From Paraspadella gotoi (Eukaryota; Animalia; Chaetognatha), in the NCBI GenBank assembly GCA_051294375.1, contig CM119270.1:18335267-18399266 (forward strand): DNA of 64,000 nt, given 5' to 3'. Of this stretch, positions 35,451-45,847 are shown piece by piece. The notes under the pieces were generated by a model, which was not told the origin of the DNA, did not search any database, and saw nothing but the letters and a program-made list of their open reading frames with translations. Numbering within the stretch: the first letter of the stretch is position 1; each line of letters opens with the position of its first letter. Made by a program: the position numbers and the translations under genes.

Positions 35451-36053
35451 GGGTAGTGCGGGGTAATTTGGAACAATGACATGACAAACATAGATAAATA
35501 ATATTATATTTAAATACAAAAAATATCATAACAATTAAATGAAATAAATTAAATAATTATTTTTTTAATCTAAAAGAATAAAGATAGTGAAACAAGTAAT
35601 TGTGCAATTTTCATAAAAATTTAATTAAATGAATTTGAATAATTATTACTGTTGCATTAAATATTTCACCAACTTGTCTTTACATATTAGGAGTTACGGC
35701 AGTAAAATTTTGTCTTTGAGTAGCGTTTTCAAGCCTCTGTCACAGTCATATTTGACGTAATATATATAGACGAGAGAGAGACTTATTTTCAGGTATTGTA
35801 TAGAGCATTTCGAAAAAACAAATTAAAAATAATTTAAAATAATTAAAAATAATTAAACAACTAAATTGGGGTAAAACGGAACGTCCCTCTTAACTGCTTG
35901 GGGACAACCAGGCTAGAACCCCGGACCTTTGGGTTGGGAGGCGATTTACTTGCCTCCTGCACCAATGGCCGCTGATGAACGGTTGGTGGATTTTAGTCCA
36001 CCATAAAATATAATTTTACTTCCAAAAGTGTTCCGAATTACCCCGCACTACCC
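35451..36053. mobile_element. MITE with 25-bp TIRs, containing a nested truncated twister-element copy
   Basis: GGGTAGTGCGGGGTAATTTGGAACA ... TGTTCCGAATTACCCCGCACTACCC (1 mismatch); TA on the right flank and GA on the left. Confidence 0.8.
35882..36005 (-). mobile_element. Twister-element family 2, copy E, truncated inside the ribozyme
   Basis: Reverse complement closely matches 43472-43595 and stops at ...GCAGTTAAGAGGGACG, before P1 and the UAA. Confidence 0.85.
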
Positions 36054-36151
36054 TATGCATTTGCGACAGAGAGATTAACCCCAATATGTAATACAACCAC
36101 GACACCTCAAAAGGTAAAACATGAAGTACGCTAGTTTTTATGTCCGTTAAG

Positions 36152-39100
36152 CTACGTGTTAACGTTTCCGTAAGTTCCGTGCGGCGGACGATAAAGTTTC
36201 GGCATAGTCATAAGTTTAAACCGGTTGAATGCGTATTTCCTGAAACCGATGTTCTTTTCGACATTGACCAGACGCGTGCCTTCCTGGCGCATGCAGTCCA
36301 GGGCGTTGAGGAAGAGCTTGGGAAGAAGGTCGTGGTGCAGCTGGAGATGTAGTAATTAATAGTATTTATATCAATTTTCAAAGAAATAGCTATCGTTCCT
36401 GATATATGGGCTTCGCTTCGCCTTGTTTACCCCACCTGCAATATCTGACACTGCTGAAGCGTTACGGCCATGCTCGTCCGGTCCTTGGCGCTCTTGCAGG
36501 ACGTGAACTTCAAGCCGTTCATTTCTCTACACGCCTGACCAGCCAGATGAAGAATGTCCACGTTTTTGCTTTTATTTGCTGAAAAAAAATGGGACAACGA
36601 GAAAGATGTCGCTATTTCAGGAGGGCAAAAAAAAAAAAATCACCCAAAAATTAACCCACCCAGAACGTTGTGATGTAGATGCTGCATGATTTCGGAAAGG
36701 GCCAGCCCGCTGTTAGGTCCCGAGCTGATCCCAGCTTCGGGTCCCAACACCTCCAGAAATTTCTCGTAATAAGAATTAAGGCCGGACATGCTCTCCACGT
36801 TGACGAGCTCTTGGAAGGAGGTGTCGCCAAACTTTTCGGCCATCGTCGCCTGCGGGGAAAAGAAGAGAGATGATGAGACTAAAAGAAACAAAGAAAACGG
36901 ATAGAAGACGAAGAAAAAAACAAAAAGGGGGGAAAAAAAAGAACGCAGATACCTGCTCGTTGATTCCGATGGAGAAGAGAACGGGCACGACCCTGATCGT
37001 TTTCCCCCTCTGGATCTCGCGAGGAAGGAGAGGGAAGAGAGTCTCGTGCAGCGGAATCGTCACCACGACGCTCTGCCGGTTTCCGGTCAATGTGGGGGAA
37101 GGCCTAGTCGAGTGCTTCGACGAAACGATTTTGAACTGTTAAAGGATAAAGTATGAATAATAAAATAGTAAACAAACGTTCGATCGTCAAAACCAATCTT
37201 CTCACCTGCACCGTTCTGAGATCGTTGACGGCGACGACCATGTCCTCCAGCATGGCCAACTCGTCCCCGTAGCAAGACAGGAGGCTCTCGAAGACGGCGA
37301 GGCAGCCGATCTGGAAGATCTGTCTTAGGAAAGTCTTGTTGTACAGGGACGAGTGGAGTTTGAGGACGAAGGCCGTCGTCAACGAAGTCAGCGCTTGGGA
37401 GAAACACGCGTCCCGTCTTTAGAAGTGGGGCAAAGGAAGAATCATTTCGATTTGATCATGCATTTTATTACGAGGATATTAATAAAAGCAAACACCATTT
37501 AACTGACACGACATAGGACTCCTAATGTACATCCTTAAGCTAAAGCCTTCAGGCCACCAGACCTAACCTGTGTTGCACGACTTTGCGCGTGTTGAACATC
37601 TTGCTGTGCTCTTGCACAGTGAGAAACGCGAGACTGGTCGTAGCGCGCGACGTCATCACGTTGACGTGCGATTGCAGATTGATCACAAGCGGCGCCAATT
37701 CCGTCAGCCAATTAAAATTGCGCCGCTGGGGGCCGACGTCGACTGCGCGAGCGGCGTCGGCCGAAACGAGTTCTTCGGCTTTGGAGATGACGCAAACGAG
37801 GGCCGCTTCAACGTTGATACGACTGATCTCCCAGGGTTCCTGATTGATTCAATTTGGTAATTCCAATGGCAAGTGGAATAAACTAACGATTTGATGACTG
37901 AAATGATGACTCAAACCCTTACGTCAAAATTTGCCACAGTGGCTTTTTTACTTTAAGATCTCTCTGCCCCAGGGAAAACAAAACGAAATGGCTACCCCGC
38001 CTCAACCTGAGTAGGCGATTTGACAAAGCCGGTCCCCGTCCAGCGCCATCTCTGGTCTTCCGACGCCGCCTCGCTGATCACCGACGAAGTTTCGTCCTCC
38101 GTCATGACCGAGGACGTCTCGGCGTCGTCGCCGTCAGGGGGAGAAGGCGGTGAAGGTGGCGCCAGGGTCGGCGAGAGGAGAAGTCGTCTGCAAGAGATTT
38201 TAGGAGTTAAAAAAAAACTATTGCTCTAAACAGCTACGGATCAATCTTGGATTATTTACACTTCGGGAAAAATTATCAAAACATAAATTCGAAGCGAATT
38301 TTATTGAATCGAAAAAAAAGGCAAGGATCAAAAGACTCAGTACTTTGAGGCAATAACCGGAAATCGAAAGCCTACTTACTACATCCCGTCTCATATCTTT
38401 TTCCAACGAAAATTTAAAAAAATGGGTGCGGGGAGATCGAAAAAGGCGGACGAAGAGTTGGACGAGGATTACAAGCACAACTTGTCGAAGCCGGTGGAGG
38501 AGGCGAGGATCGACACCATAATCGAAAAGGCTTTGAGACAGGTCGCTTTGATCAATTTCGACCGTCGAAGTGTTTAAAACCATCCAACAGCAATTATTGT
38601 TTCCACAATTTAAAGATCTGTCTTCCCCACTTCAGATTGTGGCGAAAGACGCTCAAGAAGGTAAATAAGTACCGTATTTCTGGCCGAAAAAACGCCATGG
38701 ATTGAATAATAAACAACTTCATTCTTTTCCTAATATCTATTGACCAGAATCGCGATTGACCGCAATAGAGATCTTGGGAAACCTGGCCTACGTTGCGGAC
38801 GTTCGCGGAGTCATGAAAGTCGGCGAGTATCTCCCGACTTTCCTTAGCCTCATTCAGCCCGATCAGCGTCCGTCCAAGGAACTCGTCTGCAGGGTTATCA
38901 GCGCGCTCAGGTTCGACAGTTAACCGACGAGGGAATCGACACTCGATAAATACTAAGGGGGATTCGTTTAAAAAAACTCGCTCTTCCCCTCCAGTAAAAT
39001 CGGATACGAGATGGGAGAAGTTCAAGAAAACCTTTTCTTGCTCGGTGGTTATCGGATTCTTCTGTATTACATGACGTCAACGGAAAGCACGCCCACCGTC

Positions 39101-42100
39101 AAAAAATGGGCCGCGTATTGCTCGTGCTGTTGTTTGGGTGACGTCTACGAACCATTAGACTACTTAAAGAAAAACTTGTCCAACAAGGTACGTGGGAAGG
39201 AAGCCTGCAAAAAACCGATCGATTATATTGATAATTGATAACCGAGTTGCAAAGTAGAAGAACCATACTTCATTTTATTAATTGCAGGAAGTTAAATCTC
39301 TGGCGGAGATGAAGTGGGAGAAGGTGTGGACGAGAAATTGGGGTCTCTGCCTCGCAAAGTTGCTGGGGAAAACGAGGGGGTTCCGAACATCGGAGGGCGG
39401 GGAGAAGGACCTGTTGGACGAAAACGACATCACCGAAGTTCATCCGGTCATGACGCCGCAAACAGGATCACCGTGAGACTGATGGAGGAAAAAGGGGGGG
39501 GTTTCACTGGGACCGAGGAAAAAAAATCGAAAAAGTGGGTGTGGGTGATTATTAACGAGAAACTTAAGTGAGATAGGGAAGTAATTTAGTAGAATCATTG
39601 CGCAAGGGTTAAAGGGCTTTTCAATCTTTATTAGGAGAGCAACGTTAGGGGCGCTCGCCGACACTTCCGAATTTGAAAACTTCATGTCGCGCGGGACAAG
39701 GCTGGATCCTGATAAAGCCAAGAAAAACAACCAGAGTTACACCTCTAGCGCCGCAACTGAGGAAATTCTCACGGACTCGACGACGATAGTGACCGGCGCA
39801 TTTAGCGACAGCGACCGCGCTGAATTGGACCAAGAGGGACGCGCGAACGGTGTCAAAGTGGCGAAATTCGCTGATGTCGGCAGAATGCGACGGGGACAGA
39901 AAGAGGCCGAAGAGACTGTCATCAGGGGCGCGGGGGTGACGGGGCAGGATGAGAAGATGGAGAAGAGAAACGAAGGCGTCAACGTCGACGTTAAGCCAAA
40001 TGACAAGGCTGTCAACCCCAAAATACGGTCGGAAATGAAGAGAGGAGGCGCAGCGCGGCCGGCGGACAACTCTCCGTTTTCCTTGAAGCCGAGCGACGTC
40101 GCGAAGAGTAACGCCCCGCTAGTCGTTAGGCCCAAGACGGGGTCTCAGGCGCCGAAGAGCGACGATCCGGCGTCTCGGCCAGCGGACGATGATGCGTCCA
40201 AAGAGGGTGGAAGAAGCGGGGAGCAAGGCTACCCAGAACAAAATCTCTCGGCCGAGAAAATGACCTCTACCAACGCGCATGTAAGTGTCGATTAACCATT
40301 TCGAAATCGTAAGTTAAATACGGCAATAATTTAACAAGCTTCAGCCAGGCCAGGTTTTTTCCAAGGGGCTCAACAACGCGACACGGCTTAAGCTCGAAGT
40401 GAGTAATCCCACGTCTGAAAAACATTAAACCTTCAAGTTCAAAACTCAGTGCCAACAAAAATTTCTCAGGCGTTTTCAATAGGATCGTCCGATGGGAGTT
40501 TTTCCGAGGGCGAAGTCATTATTAGGGTGATAATGTTTTAAGTTTTAAAACGTAATTAAAGTCTTACTAACGTTATAAATAATTAATATTATTACCTATT
40601 AATGATAAATAATTTATTTGCATAGCCTAGTATTTGAATGTCGCGGTTGAAAACAAATTTTTAAAGGATATCACAGCGCGTAATTCTACGGACGATTCCG
40701 AAGCGAACGCGACCGATACGAGTCTATCAGAAGAAGTTGCTCTAATGTAAGAGACGGCTGTCAAGACTAAATCGATCAAGACGCATCAGGCAAGATGATA
40801 AAGAATAATTATCTTTTTTACTTTACAACAGAAAAGATAAAAGCGATTCTCGAAAATAAAAAAATTCAACAAAGTTTAAAGACGGCGCGCAACGAGAAAA
40901 GTCCGAATCATCGTTTTCAGTTTCACGTTTTTTTTAATGAAAAAAAGTGTTTTGAGGTGCGACGTTGTATTTTGTTTTATTTAATAAAAAGAATTATTGT
41001 GAGACAAGCATACAAATTTGATTCATTTCTTTCTCTTCGATCATGTACCGTAAAGTAAACGAATCAACACACCAACCTGTTGTAGAGATTTTCCTCGGAC
41101 CTAGAGTCGCGATAAGTGGCTTCCTCCGCCTTAGCGTCTTCCAAAGAATCCACGCCTTTTGATAGCAGCTCGTTTTCGCAAACCTGAGATAAGGTTTACA
41201 CGGATGTGGATTTGACTTTTTTTGCTCAACTAAACCGATTACGATGTCAAAAAAGGCTCCAGAACTAACAATATTTAAATTAAAAACAAAATTTATACAA
41301 AAAAAAACAAAAAAAAACTTACTTGGAATAGTTGGCGAGTTTTGTCGGCGAGGGAGGTGAGACACTTTTCCAGAGGCTTCGCGGCTCCTTGATTGGCCGT
41401 GCGGCAGAGTGACTGAGAGTAGAAGTCCACATCGCGTTTCAGGTTGGAAATGTGCTTGAGGAGATCTCTGAGTCGAACCAAGAAAAAAACAGGAAAAGTT
41501 GGAGGGAGAAAACTGCGAAAAAGAAAATGGCGACTTTTCCGTTTCCTTATTTTTTTTCCTCGCGAAACGAACCGAGCGTGAAAATCGTTCAACCTTGAAT
41601 TCTCTTTGCCCCTTTTTTTTCGGTTCCTTACCCATCTCGGCTTCGCTTGGGATTCACGCGCTCTCCCCACTCTTATCGGCCATTTTCGCTCTCGGTCTCT
41701 CACTCTCTCCCTCCCCAGTCTGACCTGATGAGGTCGAGTTTGGAGTAATCGGTGGCGGTGGTGAGCATGGCGGGGTCGGAGGCAGTCTCCCGCTGGCTGA
41801 GGACAAGGCGACGGAGGCCGCCGTTTTTGAAACCCTGATTGAAGGCGGTGAAAGCGCCGACCGTGATAACGTCGTAGACGCCGACCGGTGGGCGTAGCGC
41901 CGATTTAGTTTCCACCTGGAGAGTGGAGCGGTATGTACTACGTATGTACGTACGACGTTTTAACGTAGTCGAATGATTAAATTCCCTCACTAAGACTAAG
42001 TCAAAGAATTCACTCGCACAAAAACAAGTTAAGCCCGATTACGATAAAAAAAAATTAAATTTTGACAGAAAAATTTCGCTGGCACCATGGTCCGCCCGCC

Positions 42101-44921
42101 ACTACAACCCAACTGACCCACAGCCGCTGGATCTGCAGATTGGTGGGCAGAAACTCCATGTCATTTCGCGCCTTCTTGAGACTGGGCTTGAAGAGCACGT
42201 CGGGGTGAGCGTCGAGATCCTGGATGGAGCGAGTGTAGGCGTTGATGAGTTGAGCGTTGGAGTCAATGAGGTCCACGCGGATTCGTTCCCAATTGCCAGG
42301 AAGGCGTCCGAGGCGACTCAGCTCTTCCATCTGCAAGAAATAAGAGAAATTGAACCGTTGACTGACCGACTGAGCGATCGATCTAACTGATCGACTTATC
42401 ATTTCCTCGCCTCACGTTAGCTTTCTCATCGGCGATCCACATGTCGAGGAGAAGGCGAGGGATCGTCGAGGTCAACTGGCTGTCGCCCATGTATTCGTAG
42501 ACGGACAACTCGGACTCTTGAAGGAATTAAATCAAAACAACAAACGTCAACGAAAAAGACTCCCATTTTTGCTTTAATTTTAAATAAAAATAGAGTAAAG
42601 GAATTTCAAGTCCAAAAAAACCGGAAAAACCTCGACATTAACCTTCTTTCAATCAAATCCTCACCCGTTGTGGTGGGAAGGCGGTAGGTCTTGACGATGA
42701 CGTTGGCGGCGATCGAGGTCAGCGTCTCCAAACAAAGCCGCTTCGTCTTGAGAGGCTCCGCGGCGCCAGAGGCCGACGTCGCCTTTTTCCTCGTCGATGT
42801 CGTCGTCGACGATGACGAGGACGTCGACCTCTGTCTCCGGAACGAGTTGACGTCGGCCTCAGCGTCGTTGCGGCTTTCGTCGTTGTCGTCGACGCTGTCG
42901 TCGCTTGCGGCGCCGACGACGTCCGACTCGTCCCAACCGGGGAGGAACTCGGGGGTGACCAATTGCCACGCCTGAATGGGGAAAAATAGAATCATTAAAC
43001 TAAAGTCGAGGGTCTTTCTAAACATCAAAACAGTCATTCCGCAATCATCGTTACCTTGACGACGACAATTCCTTGGGTAGCGCCGACGACCAATCGTTTT
43101 CGTAGCGTTTCTCCCGGCGATTCCAAAAGTTCGGCCAAAGGGAATTGCGCCTAGATCAGCGATGGCGGCGTCGTTTAAATTTTATGTCGTATTGTAGCTT
43201 AAATTTATTTAATCTAAGAATTTAAATGTTTACCAAAAATTTTTTTTTAAAAATCCCCACCTGCCCGAGGTAAGTCATAGTCCCAGACACGCGCTCACGA
43301 ACGTCATAGACCGTGATGCGGACTCGCGTCGCGTGAGTCACGGCGTGAAAGGGGACGGTGGTGAGAAAACAGGGGGCGCGGCTCTTTTCCTGAAAACAAG
43401 AGCAAGTCAGAAATTGTCAACCTTTTTGCTTTCTTTAGTATTTTTAGTTTAATTAAATTCAATGTATACGTTATGGTGGACTAAAATCCACCAACCGTTC
43501 ATCAGCGGCCATTGGTGCCGGAGGCAAGTCATTCGCCTCCCAACCCAAAGGTCCGGGGTTCTAGCCCGGTGGTCGTCTGGCAGTTAAGAGGGACGGGGCG
43601 CTTAACCCGCCTGTAACTCGGTGTTACAGCCTGATCCGAAGCTCAGGGACTGCTTATATTGAACGGTTCTGTCACTAACTCATAACAATAATTACTGTCT
43701 CTTCAACGTATAAAAAACTTATTAACTCGATGACTCGCTCCCGTTTAACCTGTATCTCCGACTGCCCCTGCCTGAACCATCCCTCGGCAGGCGGCGTCCT
43801 CGTGCCGACGACGACGACGGGATTGGGCAGACGGTCGTCGTTGGCGACGGGAAGATCCTCGCAGGCGACGCAGATCTCGAGGACAGGGTTGGAAGAGGCC
43901 GTCGACGCCGTCGCCTTCGAGGATGAAGAGTCGATATTGCTCCAGCCGGGAGGATCGGTGATGGGATCAACGCCCGTTTTGGCGCGAATCTCCGAGCGGA
44001 GGGAGGCTGGAGGTTGGGTAAGGGGAGTCAGGAAGAAAATCGTATCTCGATGCTACTATCAAAAATGTAACGTCTCGGTGAATTAAACTGACCGAGTTGA
44101 ATCTTCATGCACTCGTAGGAAGCGATGTGCAGCGCCTCGATCCACTGGTCTCGATCCGACTCGGACGGCGCCGCCACGAACTGCAGCCGCTCGTCCTCCT
44201 CGAAAACGATGACGAAGTGGTGGGGAAGTTCGCAGGCGGGAAAGAACTGAGAGGAGAAACAAAGGTTATAGAAAGTTATAAAAATGAACAAAAATAATAA
44301 AAAGCAAAAAAAATAAGCATAAAGAGTCGTAAAGAGTCTAAAAATAAGGGCCAAAAACCACTGTTCTTTAGCACTATATATTTCACAAAGATACTAGCTT
44401 CCCCTCTCGGGAATTTTTTCTACGGCTAAGATCACTTTTAGCAAAGTATTTATTACCATCACTGCAATATGTACATGAAATTAAAAAACAGACAAATAGA
44501 AATGGCGATTAACGAAGGAGTTCCCCATTGACGTTTGTTTTCAATTAGCTAAAAAATTATCGGTTTTTTAAGATTACGTTAAGACAAATAATTTGAAAAC
44601 TTTACATAAATTCAGGAAGTTACAACAATTTGACTTTCATAATTTTATAGTTACTTATCTTCAAAATACATGTTAACTCTTTTCCCATACCTGTATGGTA
44701 AACCTTTCAAGAACGAGAAGCCCAACGGGTTCCGATTGGGGTTCGGCCGATTTGAAGTAGAAGAGGAGATTCCCTCTGAGTCGGCAGAACCTCTCCACGA
44801 AGACGTCCGCTCTTCGGAAAAGGCCGTCCTGCTTCTCCTTGAGATAAAGAATGCCTTCGCGGTCGAACCGCTCCTGAGGCTGCGAGCCCAAGAAGGCCAA
44901 TTCCTTGGCGTTAAAACGCAT
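36152..44921 (-). CDS. INPP4A: Inositol polyphosphate-4-phosphatase type I/II (PH, C2 and 4-phosphatase domains), multi-exon
   Basis: MRFNAKEL.. PH domain ([11 protein letters not shown]); [15 protein letters not shown]; LFSIGINEQ; catalytic CKSAKDRT; C-terminus [11 protein letters not shown]. Confidence 0.95.
38422..40750 (+). CDS. ARMH2-like armadillo-helical protein, nested antisense in an INPP4 intron; 3' end uncertain
   Basis: Exons 38422-38541, 38637-38661, 38748-38910, 38995-39187, 39288-39472 and 39635-40280 join in frame: MGAGRS.., [38 protein letters not shown]. Family assignment is from remembered motif similarity. Confidence 0.65.
43472..43676 (+). mobile_element. Twister-element family 2, copy C (intron of INPP4)
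   Basis: 5' hairpin GGTGGA-CTAAAA-TCCACC; AACCGTTCA/TGAACGGTT inner stem; A-box-like TGGTGCCGGAGG; B-box-like GGTTCTAGCC; twister core; wobble closing stem TGGTGGA/TCTGTCA. Confidence 0.85.
43580..43653 (+). ncRNA. Type P5 twister ribozyme (predicted cleavage U43603/A43604)
   Basis: GCAGTT-AA-GAGG-GA-CGG-GG-CG-CT-TAA-CCC-GC-CTGTAAC-TCGGT-GTTACAG-CCTGA-TCCGAAGC-TCAGG-GACTGC; T1 CGG pairs with loop CCG. Confidence 0.75.
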
Positions 44922-45847
44922 GGCGGTGTCGCAAGGGGTAATTTAGAAAAGCTAGGGACCCCCAACACCCCACCCGTAAATGGGCGGGTTTAATGCTGCG
45001 GGTTTGGGTTCATTTGTCAACGTGCACTTACGAGTTACATATCACTTTATATTCACGCGGAAAACTCCGCATATTTGAAAGACCTAAAATTGCAAATTTT
45101 AGAAAACATTTGCCTAGTTTTAAATCGTATAATTTTAAAACTGGAATGTCATACATAAAAATTTAAATGCAGCGGCGTTGACTCGCAATAGTTCAATTCA
45201 TCAAAATATATTACCGTCGAATATATCAATCTTGGGTAGAAAGCGCAAAAAAAGCGGAGACCTGTCGGACTCGAGAAAAAATTGATAGAGTAAATCTCAC
45301 TATAAATAATAAATGGTAAAAGTAATACAGTGACAATCGACATTGGTCAGTGTACAGCCATTTCGAGGATGCGAGGTTTAAGTTGAGCGAAAATAATGGG
45401 GCGCGAGTGAATAAAGAGAAAAAATGTCGCCGGCGACGGAAATGAGATCGCGTGGTTTTTCTATGGTATTGAGGCGGAATGCAGTATGCAGTATACGCCT
45501 ACGGTGTGCGTGTATCGAAAGTGATTTCCTTCCAGCCCCTACGATGAGATTAAATGGCTGAGACCCGAAAAACTAACATCTACGTCAGCGGTAGAAAACG
45601 AACAATACACAAACTATTCTCACCCGATTTTGGTAGTAGTTTATCATTTGTAAAGTAATTTTTTTGTAAAGGTGTAGCGATCAGTTTTATGCAGATCTTA
45701 TGGTGGTAATTTGTCATTTCAAAAATTGCAGTATTATTGGTACCAATGGTACGGGAACCGGGATTATAAGCCAAGTTGCTTCGATATTCGAACGGCCAGA
45801 GTTACAAACCTGGCGGTAAACCTTTTTTTTAATTTATTTGTCTCTTT

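Noticed and set aside
35966-36005. CTGATGA motif in twister-element family 2 as a hammerhead core
   Set aside because: No stem II followed by GAAA and no stem III. It is simply the reverse strand of the element's 5' region.
43472-43676. Family 2 element as a true tRNA gene or a Helentron-type (HINE) element
   Set aside because: It has A/B-box-like motifs but no cloverleaf. The subterminal inverted repeats resemble HINEs, but G-U-rich stems and the ribozyme core favour an RNA-level structure. DNA-based mobility is not fully excluded.
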